DNA of 63,148 nt, filler included, from Sluysia triapertura (GCA_046118255.1; 5 parts of 5 records of this genome joined end to end with filler, not necessarily neighbours in it), one strand, 5' to 3'; shown: positions 40,048-52,559, numbered from the whole stretch's first letter. A program made the numbers and translations. The notes: a model not told the origin generated them from the sequence alone.

Positions 40048-41252
40048 AATAGCTCTATTAGGCATTAAAAGGCTTTCCTTAAATAGAGCTCGTCTAAAAC
40101 TTGCCTTAGCGTCTAAACTATCATGATCTATAATTTTATTGCAATCTTTAAAATCAATGTCAAAATCGTTTAATTTAATATAATCCACAGCACATTTACA
40201 AAATAGGGTTGCACTGTTTGAATCTAAATCAAGTCCTTTACTGAACTCTTTAACAGTAAAAAGTGCCTTAAAGTTTAAACTATCGCATTCTGTAATTTTA
40301 CTGTAATCTTTAAAACTAATTTGAAAATCATTCGATTTAGATGAGTTATGATCTTTGAAATAAGGTTTAGACAAAATATCGATTATAACTGTTTTATGTA
40401 TATAACTATCATCATAGTTGTCTTTATCAATTATCATTTCGTAAACACCTTGGTCTACATAGAATGTAAAAGGTGCCTTAACGTTTAAGCTATCGTATTC
40501 CACAACTTTATTGTAATCTTTAAAACTAATTTGAAAATCATTTGATTTAGACGAGTTATAATCTTTGAAATAAAGTTTTAACAAAATATCGATTATAACT
40601 GTCTTATGTATATAACTATCATCATAGTTATCTTTATCAAATAACATTTCATAAACATCTTGGTCTACATAGAATGTAAAAGGTGCCTTAACGTTTAAAC
40701 TATCGTATTCTACATCGAACGATTCACAAAAATTCAGACAAATCCACAATCCTGCATAAAATATTCCTTTAACTTCGGAATTTTTAACTTTTTCCAATAT
40801 AAGGATAATAATTTTAAAAAACTTTTTAAAATACAAAATATTGATATAAAAACAAATAATGTCTATATACTGTAAAAGTTTAGGTACCAAATCTTCGTAA
40901 CCTGCGCACAAAATGTCTTCTCGTAATGTAGCTTCATGTTTTAATCTTCTTGATTCGCTTAATGCTCTCTGGAACTGGCCATCATGTTCTTTTGAAATTG
41001 AAATATTTGTTAATATAAAAATAACACCTGAAGTAATACAAGGTAAATCGCATGTAACTATCTTACCATCACATTCTGTATGAATGCACGCACGCAGTGT
41101 TGTTTCTCTCATAAATGGCTCGGGCACTTTTGCAAGCAATATCGGTGCTTCTGCACTTATCATCATATTTTTAACATCATCTAATTTTATTTCAATTTAA
41201 ATTTAAATTTACCTTGATTTTGTAAATTTTCTTCTAATAATCTGGCATACAT
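40048..41252 (-). CDS. Chimeric ORF: partial NF-YC-like histone fold, UIM-like motif, 70-aa tandem repeats and TPR; 3' end lost in a gap
   Basis: Predicted exon 41252-41213, a 32-bp intron, then DDVKNMMISAEAPILLAK....MRETTLRACIHTE (NF-YC-like). Later come QFQRALSES, two 210-bp repeats, and TPR-like FSKGLDLDSNSATLFCKCAVDYIKLNDFDIDFKDCNKIIDHDSLDAKASFRRA. Confidence 0.65.
40281..40710 (-). repeat. 210-bp tandem duplication within the ORF
   Basis: tatcg(c/t)attc recurs at 40281, 40491 and 40701; the intervening units are near identical. Confidence 0.92.
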
Positions 41253-42063
41253 TGTAAGTAAAACTGTTATATTAACAAATAGAATTAATAAGATTTGTAA
41301 TGTGACCAACAATAATTTGAATGATAATTAGTGTTTAAACAAATATATAGAATACGAATGTATAACGAAAATAAATTAATATCTAAATATTCATTTTTCG
41401 AATTGTAACAATAAAATCTAAGTATAAAGTAAAATTCAATAAAATATGACGTTTGTCAAAAATACAAAGTAGAATAAAAACTATATGGCATTTAACATAC
41501 ACAAATAAACAAATATTATAAAATTTTCAGAGTCTGATTTAAAATAAAAATAAAAATAATAATAAAAATGATAAAATAATTAAAAAAAGGTTAATAAGTT
41601 CGTAAGAGTTATAAAATATATTACTAATTGAATATATGAACATTCACATATTTGAATATAATAAACTAATCTCTTGTCAAAATAAGATTACTGTAAATGA
41701 TAATACACGCAATAAATTCTATAAAAGTGATCAAAATTTTCTCTGCGCATTGCTAAAATTTTAAACTTTCTAATTTATTCAAAAATTCATCAGAGTAGTC
41801 AAAAATGATATTCGTAAAAAAAATGATAAAGCATCGATTGTATCACTTTAAAGAATTTATTTTGCATAAACATATATTTACAAACTTAAGTAAATGAATA
41901 GTACAAATGACATGTTGCCAGAAGAAAGAAGACATTATGTTTTCATATTAAAAATTTTGAATTTTTAGAAAATTGCACATGTAAGCATATCGTGACAAAA
42001 GTGCTGATATGATAAGAATGTTCATAAATATAATAAATGACTATTTAATTATTTCGCTTATAT

Positions 42064-42313
42064 TTAGCAATAACTTTTTTTTTGGTTTGAATTTAAATTC
42101 GATGGGGAATTGGAAATTTTTGGAATAACTGTAACAGGTTGAAAAGTTTTATTAATTTCTGGTCTGTACAATGTGGATTGATTTATTGAAGGATCTGTAA
42201 CTGTATTTTGTTCATAAATCAATGGTTGCTGATCGATATTATTTGGATCTTGAGCTTCATCAGGCAAAAATGGAATATGAAAAATATCGTCAAGATTGTA
42301 TAGTTTAGAATCA
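42064..42313 (-). other. Possible orphan terminal exon (DSKLYNLDDIFHIPFLPDEAQDP...SYC*)
   Basis: Open frame of about 80 codons after an AG acceptor, with protein-like composition. No family recognised. Confidence 0.3.
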
Positions 42314-42607
42314 CTATTTATTAATAATTAATAAAAAAGGATCTAACAAATTTCACAACAGATACATTAATTTGTATAAAATCTTTTATTGACAAGCAAT
42401 ATGCACTAAAAGGAATATAACCAAAAGAAAAGAAGTATAAAAGTTATACTAAAATAATATATTTGTATGGGACGATATTGACGAATTGAATGTGACTGAT
42501 TAGTATAATTTATTATATGACGTTATGTGAATTAAGAGATTATTATTTATTTGAATTGTAATATGTTAATGTGAGGTGTAGGAGATGTTTATATTGTGTA
42601 TGTAAAG

Positions 42608-42710
42608 AGTTGAGGTAGGCAGAACACTACAGTAATAAAGTGAAATTGTTTGATGTAGCAACGAGAGGGCGTGGGTTCGATTCCCGGTTAGTCCACTTTA
42701 TGAAATAAAT
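42608..42710 (+). mobile_element. Degenerate, internally deleted copy of the tRNA-containing LTR
   Basis: GGGTTCGATTCCCGGTTAGTCCACTTTATGAA matches the B-box and 3' end of the other copies; the D-arm region is missing. Confidence 0.55.
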
Positions 42711-43136
42711 TCGTCGAGTATATTAATGACATCGTGGTCTGATGGGAATTCGAATTAAGGATCTTTCTCTTCTTTCTGATGTTTCATTCAATTACAGTTA
42801 ATTGTTCATTCAATGCCCGATTTAACTATCTAAGTTATCTTTTATAAATCTGACTTATATGAAGTAAAAGATATGAAATTCAACACAAAGAAAGTCAATA
42901 TTGCAAAAAGGTGTCTGGTTAAAGGATCGTATATTTGATTTTATATTCGAGGCCAGCTGGTTATTAAATAGGTTTAAGAAACTAATTAAAAATTTGTAAA
43001 TTTGATTATTGTAAATAAGTAGATCAATGGTATCACCATTTGTTGAATTTCTCAAACATTTTTGTGATCCGCACTATATATCATTATTATCTGATACATT
43101 GTATATGTACTACCTGTTACACTGTTGAAATAAATG

Positions 43137-43514
43137 TGTTAAGTTCAAATTCACTTGCTCGCCGAGGAAACTGATAGACCGGGGATCGAACCCCGGATCT
43201 CTAGATGTGCAGTTCGATGCTTTACCTCTGAGCTATCAACTCCGTCTAACGATTTTATTTTATTATAGTCACTTATAGGCCTTTTACCCCAACATATCTC
43301 ATCCAATTCAGTTATGTTTGTCCTCAAACATCTTATAAATCATTAATTTCACCAAATGTTAGACATCGTAAAATGGACTGACCGGGGATCGAACCCGAGA
43401 CCTCTAGCTGCGCAGTTCGACGCTCTACCATTGAGCTATAAGCCTAGTCTAACAATTTTATTTTTTAATATAGTCAATTTCACCAAATGGCACTTTAGGC
43501 CTTTCACCCCAACA
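43137..43514 (-). mobile_element. Miniature LTR retrotransposon (TRIM) with tRNA-derived LTRs
   Basis: LTRs at 43357-43514 and 43137-43294 (158 bp each, TG...CA). The 62-bp interior starts TTTGGTG (PBS-like) and ends GAATTGGATGAGATA (PPT-like) on the minus strand. AAATG is duplicated at 43132-43136 and 43515-43519. Confidence 0.75.
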
Positions 43515-43929
43515 AAATGTTTTGTGTTAAAAAACCATCCAGTCCATTTGATGAAATCGTAGAAATAATACTTATTTTATTGAAGAATATATGATTCATA
43601 ATTAAAACAAATGTGGTTGCCACCGATACAAATTGACCGAAAATCTTTAGAAATTATTGTGAACCTTGAGATCGTTTAAGACCTTATTAATGATTTGCGA
43701 GCACTTGATAAGCATTTAAGACCTTTGAGTAAACTTATAAAGTGGCTGAAATCTGTAAGATATTTGAGAAATAAAATCATTATTAAACAATAAGTATGAT
43801 ACAGTGGTAATTAACATAAATAAATAGAAAAATGTGAGAGAATCCCTTGAGTGTTTTATAAATTACTAAACCTTTACTAAATTAGAACCTTATTAACACT
43901 TTTAAACATAAAATAAGATTAAGTCTAAA

Positions 43930-44615
43930 AATAGATGAATTAATTAAAATATTAATTAACTTAACTGAGAAAAGTACGTTTTTGTGAATAACGTTCGAAT
44001 GCGGAATGCTGTGTCAAAGTCGTAACTGTGTGCGTATTTGTTTTACAAAGGTCTTTCACGTAGGTATGGTTTGATCGAGTTCATGCAACGAAGCCTTAAT
44101 ATTGAGCAAAGTCAAATTTTAATTAATTCTTAATTATGGAATGTTGAATTTTTTATATATAGAATGATGCAAGTATAATGAATTGAATATGAGATGATTG
44201 CTATAAAAGAGGAGAATCTTGGTAGAGCGGTTTGTTTGAGAATAAGAAGCTTAAAACATTTTTCATTAAAAAATTGGGCGTTATAAACTAAAATCAATTA
44301 AATACTAAAAACTAAAATTAAATTCATTATTTTTGTGTGTTAACAATAGTGGTGACTGAAGTAATTGAAGTAAAAGTGGAATGTGTAGAAAAATAATAGG
44401 TTAATAAATCAATTTTTTGTGTTCTGTATCTAATGAAGTTTGACAGACCTTGCCATGTCACTGTCCACGTTATTATGGTCGGTTTAATTATCAAAGAATG
44501 TTCATCTATTAATTTTTTATTAATGATTATTTGAAAATTATTTTTTCGGTGTTCTCATTTATAGGAACCGTCTTGGTAAGTATGAATTGAGTTTTTTCGA
44601 GTTGCGTCATTCTTG
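43930..44615 (+). repeat. Repeat family R1, copy 2 (no LTR insertion)
   Basis: Collinear with 1010-2135 apart from the 1438-1606 insert. Confidence 0.8.
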
Positions 44616-44623
44616 GTTGCACA

Positions 44624-44751
44624 ATCTGGATAATAGGGACAAATCTATGTAATAAATTTGCTAATTAAATTATAATAAATCACACTTTAAGTAATACAAT
44701 CTTTGTAAAAATGATAATAAAAGTGTAATAAATTTGTCCATATTATCTAGA
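44624..44751. mobile_element. Small MITE-like foldback
   Basis: TCTGGATAATAGGGACAAAT versus the reverse complement of ATTTGTCCATATTATCTAGA (18/20 match). Confidence 0.5.
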
Positions 44752-47700
44752 TACAATAAAGCATAACATTTAGTTAGTCAGAAAAAGAACTTAAAAGTAC
44801 ACTATATCAGAAAAATAGTGAATCAAGATGTCAAGCTGATTCACACGCTTCCAGGGATACTTATATGTATTAGAGAAAACTGCTACGAAGATAATTTGAA
44901 AACCACGATTATAACTATTGATTTATTCCACGAAATTCGTAAGTTTTGTTAAATTTAAGGATATATCCATTTGTAATTAGTACATTTATTTCGTATAGTT
45001 TAATAAAAAATTCCTTTTTGTTGCAGATAAATTGGAAGAAAATTATTATAGAACATTTGTGCAAAAAGGGTTGAGTTCACCTACGATCCTAGTTACGGCT
45101 GATCCGTAGGATTTTAAAGAGAGTGACAGAAATGTAAACTTATTGGAGGTGAACGAATATCTGGATAATTTTCAACTGAGATTTTAAGATTTATATAATC
45201 TTATAATAAAGAATAAGAAAAATTATTAATGGATTAGGAAGCTTGAGCTAGTCAGATTTTAATAGAGTTATTTGATTGTACGAAATTGATTTAAGCGAAT
45301 GAAACAAAAAAATTATAGAAGACCTTATTAGATATAAAAATGAAATCATTATCTATGGACGGAATATTTCATATAAAACATAATAACAACAAAAGAAGTT
45401 TAACTTTCATAATTTAAAAAATACATTTGTTATTTAATTTAATCTAATTTATTCAAAATTTATTTGTGTAAGTTATGAGCATTTGAGAGGTAACATTATA
45501 CATGTTATTGAACTTGGTCTTTGGTGTATCGTTGATGTGTGACATAAATTATCAAAAGTTGTGTAAACAAGCTATGTATTTAATAGGGCTGGGACTTTGA
45601 AGGATTTTCCTGCACCGGTGCACCGGGAACAGCCCTACTCAATAATTAAACTCCCACTAAATGATTTAATAATAATGTATTATTCAGTTAAATATAATAC
45701 AATAAAAACAAGAATTAAATTACAACGTAACGTTATGAATTTCGATGGCTTTTTAATAAAATAAAGGTAGAACGAGATGTATACATTATACTATATATGT
45801 ATATCACATAGTATGTAATGAAACACTTATGAACAACTATTATTCCAAAATGAGACATCTTTTGTATTATAAAACATTGATTTCCCAATTAGAAATTTAT
45901 TGTAAATATTCTGAAATATTCTAAAACACTCAAGAAGTATAATGAAAATTCATGATTTTTAAGACTATTATACTGTCATTTATTTATTGATCATGTTCAG
46001 GTGCACCTTAATCAAAAACCGGTGCAAAATATTTATCCGGTAATAATACTATTTATTGATTATTAAGAAAAACTTAGTAATTGGAAAATGAAAAAAGAAA
46101 TACTAAAATAAAAATAAGGAAAAACAGAACTTATCGCAGTTAATTAGCGAAAAAAAGTTGCAGAATAAACAAGAACGAAGACACGAATTAATAATGAAAC
46201 GAATGTAAATATAGTAATATTGTAGAATAAAATTAAGGCAGGCGTAAATGTAATTATAGCCTGTATAACTATAACATAGAAAATAACAAATAAATAAAGC
46301 GGATGAAAAATATATTACAACTATATATGAAGAAAAATGGCAATATAGAGGTAAAAGTATGTGACAGGATTAAATTGAGTATTGTATTTTAGAATAAAAT
46401 TGACTATAGTGAAATTAATTATAGAAAAATTTGGCTATGCAGAAATTATTACGGAATATAATTAAGAAAATTTTTGGCTATAATGTGGTACTCGTGAAAA
46501 ATGTGACATTTTTCTCTGTAAAATAAAAAATCGATTTAATTGATTGGAATAAGAGATATCAAATTGTACTTGATTAGTATAGATTGGTTCGATCTTGTAG
46601 AGATAACAAAAGTGATGATTACAAAACTGACTAAGTACAATATCTTGTAAAATAATAATATTACACCGAGTTTTATTTTATTATAATTATAATTCATTTT
46701 AATTCAGCCTGGCATTGAAATGATTATTTCAACAAATAATGGTTTGTTGTGGTTTGATTTTCAATTAATTTATCAAAATAATAAAATCAATGAAATATTT
46801 TGTAATTAAACAAATACATGACATCCTGTTTAATTGCGTAACATAATATCATAAAAACGATAAAGTAGTACTATAAAATAAGTAATCAAACATTTAGAAT
46901 GCATTATAATACTTCTGAAATAGAAAAATTCTTGTAAATAATTCATAATCTTCCACTAATTTGACATTCTTTACTATCCGATTGTGTATTGTTTAGACTA
47001 AAAGTACACAGCCTATCACTTAACTCTTTCTCTATGAATTATATCTTAAAGGTTTCCGCATTATTATTGTTTTCAAGAGATGTTCAGGAATTCCATCTAT
47101 AAATTTAGGATAAAGTGTTGCATTAGATTTCATTTTTAGTTGAAAAATTATTCTTAGTGATTGATTCAATAATCAATGCAATGTTCGTACAATGTACCCA
47201 TTATTAAAATCTATATTATTAGTTATTACTGAATAAACTATTATTTAAGCTCTATCTTTATTAATGAATATTATATTCGTAATACACCTGAATTGTTTAA
47301 TCCATATAGTATCTTATATTCCATACTTTTAGTTTCGCATCATTTCTATTGATTTTATCATTGTGACTGTGTTTCATTACTGAAATTTATAAATTAATTT
47401 CAAATATTTATTATCAAACCATTTTATCAATTCAATTAAATTAAGTTTGCAAAACTGAAAAATGGAACTTTCAATACAACTACAGTTTTATAAGTACACC
47501 ACTAAGAATCTTTGCTAAATGTATTTATGGTCTCAGTGTGTGTGTGTGTGTGTGCAACTGAAATTTAACATTATCTGATCTGATGAATTAACATTTATGT
47601 TTGTGACAATATAATTTTCCAAAATGAATGAAAGAACTCTTTGGTTAAGAAGCTTAAATATTTTTTCAAAACATTTGTAAGTATATTTGTATGGAAATGA

Positions 47701-48390
47701 ATTCTATTTCTACTTTTATTTTCTGTAAATTCGTTATCCAAGCATTCTAGATCTATTCCACAGTACTGAATACGTTTTTGATGAAGTCCTTAGTGTTTTT
47801 TATTCTCTTAAATGTTTTAGTCTATAAAAGATAACTTTTTACTTTTATAATTTATAGTTTTTCTCTGGAAATATGCTATAACCATTGTATTAAGTATTCC
47901 TGCTATTTGTGACTAATATATAAACTACTTACACAAATAAATAAATTTAAATTATTTGATTATTTGATTATTTTCTTAAATCATGTCATTTTATATAAAT
48001 TACCCAATTGAAATTTATGTAAATTATAATACTTAATTTAGACAGTGTTGTTCGTTGTGTATTGATATTTGCAGAAGGTATTTTTGATGGTGAAAGTCAT
48101 GTCGAGTTAGTTTAAGATAAATTAACTATTTAAAATATTATTATTGTTATTATTATTATTATTTAAAATTATTGTTCTTTAAAATTTTTCTGATTTAATT
48201 TTCTAATTGGTTACTTCTAATTACTTAAACTGTTACAATATCTTAACGATTACCAAATGACTTTTTAAACATTAATAGAAGTTATCTTTATCTGTGAAAT
48301 CATGATTCTAGCTCGTTTCTGATTTATAACAAAAAACGAAATCATCTAAAACATATTGGCAAAGTTAAAACTATTACAGTTTAAACTTAA

Positions 48391-48591
48391 CCCTTTCAGC
48401 CCCGGGACCGCCATATGGCGTCAATGGCGATTTTTTCTCTTACACAACTGCTATGAAAGATCCTACTAAAGTAATACGAAGAGCATAATTTTAGCTTCCT
48501 CCAGATGTGAAGATTACCTTGAACGTAATTACGTAACATCAGAGCGCCACCATATTTGTGCAAAAATTTGAAAAAAAATTCGGGGCTGAAA
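48391..48591. mobile_element. piggyBac-type MITE
   Basis: TTAA|CCCTTTCAGCCCCG left end and CGGGGCTGAAA right end (tip damaged). An identical TTAA|CCCTTTCAGCCCCG end occurs at 51115-51132. Confidence 0.65.
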
Positions 48592-49095
48592 TTCGGGGTT
48601 CATTTTTATTTCTGGCCCATTGGTTTAATTAGAGTGCTGGTATCCAGTTCCAGATTAATTTTTACAGCGAGATAAGTCAATTTGAATAAATGGATAAGAA
48701 ACAATTGTAATGAAATGTCAAGTGGTACTGGATAGAAGACCTGTTCAACCAAAATGTGATGTCCGGTTGGACTGGGTTAAACAGAATATTTTTCAATATC
48801 CGTTGTTACAAATTAGTATATAAATATTCTTCGCCAAAATCCAAATGTCTTCTAAATAAAAGTTCTCATTTTATAAAAAAATTTCTATATTATTATAGTT
48901 AATATTCTATATTATAGTTATATTTAGATCTGCTTTGTTATTTCCACGGCGTTTTTGTTTAATTTGTTAATTAATAAGCTTCATTCTTCATTCTTATATT
49001 ACTTTTATTGGTTTTTAAGTTTTTCCTGAAATATCAGAATTCTTGTAAAAAATTATATAAATTATATTATCCTTAAATTATTATTTATTAAACAC

Positions 49096-49149
<54 letters not shown>
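49096..49149. repeat. (AAT)n microsatellite
   Basis: Perfect run. Confidence 0.95.
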
Positions 49150-49933
49150 TCTAAAAGTGACTGAGTATTAAATGTTCACATTTATTAAAACTTATCATGT
49201 AAGTCCAAGTAATGAGTTCGATAATTGTTAAAATGTCTTAGTACAGATATTTGGGAATTTGTCTTTTCACTGTAAAACGTCATAGTAAATATTCACTACC
49301 TTATTTGGTCGATAAAATAAAAGATAATAACAAAATCATGAGATCATTGGAGCTTATGAACAGCCTGTTTCCTAGACTTAATCTTTCAGAATATCTAAAT
49401 AATAATCCTAATTATTTAATTGTATTTTATTATTCATTAATAAATTAATTTCAGTTTACTATAAACAACGTAATGTCAAGGTTAGTACAGAGGTTTCCAA
49501 ACATTTTTTGTGGAGAAATTTCTCAGATAAACTTTAAAAACTGTAGCGATCTCTAAAAAATTAATTAAACTCGAATATTATTTTATGACGGATGTTTTCT
49601 AAGAAATTTGTACTTAATTATTCAAAATTCATATTTCAAATATTTTCTCATCGACTTTTCAGGTAAACTCTCCGACCACCAAAATTGCTATAAGGTTCTA
49701 AAGGGGCCCACTAGTCGCCATCGTGTATTTTAGAAATAAGTTATCTTGTAGTTCGTTAAAATTAATAAACATTAAATGAAGATGATAATAATTACAAAAA
49801 CTTAAGCTTTCTTATACATAATAATCTGATGTCGAGTTCATTTACTTGATTTAAATTGATTTAAAAATTATTCCTCATTTTTTATCGCTGCTTATATTGT
49901 ATATTTTGTTTTTAACAACACTATATATATATA

Positions 49934-50233
49934 CAGCCGTAACTAGGCAGGTTCACCAGGTGCACCCGCACAGGGCTCGGGCCTGAGGGGCCCTTGGAAG
50001 GCCGACGAATGAATACATGTGCTTCCACCGAAAATTTCTTCCATAAAGAACAGTGCCTTTTATGATGTCAAGCATCTATTGTACATTTTGTTGTGCGTTG
50101 TTTGGTTTTTACTTTATATATACTTTTTGAACATACATACTGTTGAACATGTATATCTTTTGTTTTCTTTTGGTGTTATGGGGGAACCCGAATTTAATAT
50201 CTTGCACAGAACCCGTCAGGCTAGTTACGGTAG
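49934..50233. mobile_element. hAT-like MITE
   Basis: Inverted ends CCGTAACTAG (49937-49946) and CTAGTTACGG (50221-50230), with GC-rich subterminal sequence (CACAGGGC...GGGGCCC). Confidence 0.6.
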
Positions 50234-51312
50234 TAGGTAATAATAATAATAATAATAAGTATTAATTAAAATATAATGTAAATAATTTTGATATTTAATA
50301 TAATTTTAGACATCCACCAGCAAATAAATTATCGTCAACTTTAAGATTTACTATTTATCCTCCAAAAGATATTTCAGTGAGCTTACATATAAAAATTATT
50401 GTTGGTTACAAAAACAGGTTAATGTTTCAATTATAATTATTTTAAAAATAATTCTTTCTGATTATAGAAGGTGCTCAAAAAGCAACTTAGATGTTTTTTT
50501 AATATAAACGTGATATGATAATAATAAAAACTTATGAATTAAAACTTTAAAATTAAATCGTCATAAAAACTTGCTCTTTATTACTTAGACTCAGTGACTT
50601 TAAATTTATTCTTTACTAATGATTAATGACTCTTCCTCCATATATTAATTAATTGCATTCTATAGTAAAATTTTGGCTCTATATTTATCTGCTTTATTTA
50701 TATATTATAGCTGCATCTATATCCACCTTAATTTTATTCTGTATTGTAGCTATATTTATAATTAATTATTAATTAGTGTCTATGCACTTCTTATTTTTTG
50801 AATGTAATTTTTTCCATTTTAAAATTTCTGTTTTTGCTTGAGCATCTTATTTAAAATTTATTTAATTATTATAATATTAATTAAAAATTGTTTTCTTTTA
50901 CATCTGCATAACTTTCTGTACTTATTTTTGGCGCACTTTTAAAAATGATCTATCAGAACGTACATAGATGATAAAACACGAAGTATTTCAGATATACAAA
51001 ATCAAGACAAACCTCATTTAATGATGAAAAAAGAAACTCTGAATTTCTCTTTTGGAACGCCTTGAACACTGTATTAACGTTAATTATCGTTCTATAGAAT
51101 TTAGTTAGATTTTATTAACCCTTTCAGCCCCGAATTTTTTTTTCCTTAAGATATATGGTGATTTATTGTCTTTATAGATGATGATTTAGGAAAAATGTAT
51201 GAAAATTGTAAANNNNNNNNNNNNNNNNNNNNNNNNNNNNNNNNNNNNNNNNNNNNTTAATTAATTAANNNNNNNNNNNNNNNNNNNNNNNNNNNNNNNN
51301 NNNNNNNNNNNN

Positions 51313-51387
<75 letters not shown>
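51313..51387. repeat. (TAC)n microsatellite at a contig end
   Basis: Perfect run abutting the gap. Confidence 0.95.
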
Positions 51388-51646
51388 CTTATTAATTAAA
51401 TTTATTACTATATTATTAAAATCATTCAAAATAACTGTAGAAAACATTACTAAAATAAATTATGTAACTTTTAAAAATTAAAGTACATAAAGAGTAAAAA
51501 AATTAATTTATCATTATGCATAATAAGTTTAAACGAGTAAACGCTATGGAAACTAAGAAACTACACAGTAATTTTCTTTTATTTTATAAAATTTCAACCC
51601 GTAAAAAAGTTCTATGCTAATAATAATAATAATAATAATAATAAAC

Positions 51647-51970
51647 CTGTATTACTACATTTTCTATCTCTACTTCTAGACGATATTGACAAAACACAAG
51701 CATTTTCACCATTGGTTACGGTTCTAATTGCATCACATAATGTTCTTGAGCAATATTCTAACTAGAAATAGTAGTAGTCAATTTAATAATAATGAATTTA
51801 ACCGATGAAGTGTCGTCAGTAATGATGGTGTCAACCGGGAACACTTTGCTAACCGAACTTTTAGATGGATCTGTCAATATAATAGAATTATTTAGTGAAT
51901 CAATTTCAACAGTTCTATTGTCATTTCTATTCACATTTCCACTACTACTAACATTTATGATAACTTGTAC
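51647..51970 (-). CDS. KIF26/vab-8-like (kinesin-11) motor-domain N-terminal fragment, two exons
   Basis: Exons 51970-51803 and 51761-51647 (41-bp intron). Translation VQVIINV...VEIDSLNNSIILTDP...KVFPVDTIITDDTSS-LEYCSRTLCDAIRTVTNGENACVLSI compares with KIF26 VKVMLRI...LKVDPRKKQITLYDP...[39 protein letters not shown]. Confidence 0.7.
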
Positions 51971-51986
51971 CTAAATAAATTTTATA

Positions 51987-52041
<55 letters not shown>

Positions 52042-52559
52042 TAATGCACAAATATAAATAATCTATAATAAAATTTAAAACCAGATGAATCACCTAAAAA
52101 TATAAGGTTGCTTAAACTTTTAGGAACCCTTCGGAAAGCCATCATTATTTTTCCGGTTGTCAATATTAATCAACAATCTTATCAATCAGTATTTTCTTAA
52201 GATTATATGACAGTTTTCTTCGGAATTATTTCGTTCTCATCTCTTTAATTATAAATATCACCGTTGTCGATATCTGGAATCAAAGATGAACGGTGTATTT
52301 CTTCGCAGCTTAATTCTTTTAGAGCTTGCTTCGAAATATTATTATTATAATTATAATTAATATACATGGTTTTAATCCTTATTTCGAATTTTTTTAATTA
52401 TTTGTAATAATAATCACTATAATTTGAACAACATAAAAGATATATTAAGATATAAAACTTAATCAATAATAATTTTATCTTCTCTACCACTTAATGTTAC
52501 ATATCATATTCATGTAATATCAATTGAAGTCATATTTCGATATTAAATCACGTACTCAT

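Noticed and set aside
43370-43446. Functional tRNA gene
   Set aside because: The anticodon stem is poorly paired and differs between copies, and the sequence is embedded in a repeated LTR-like unit.
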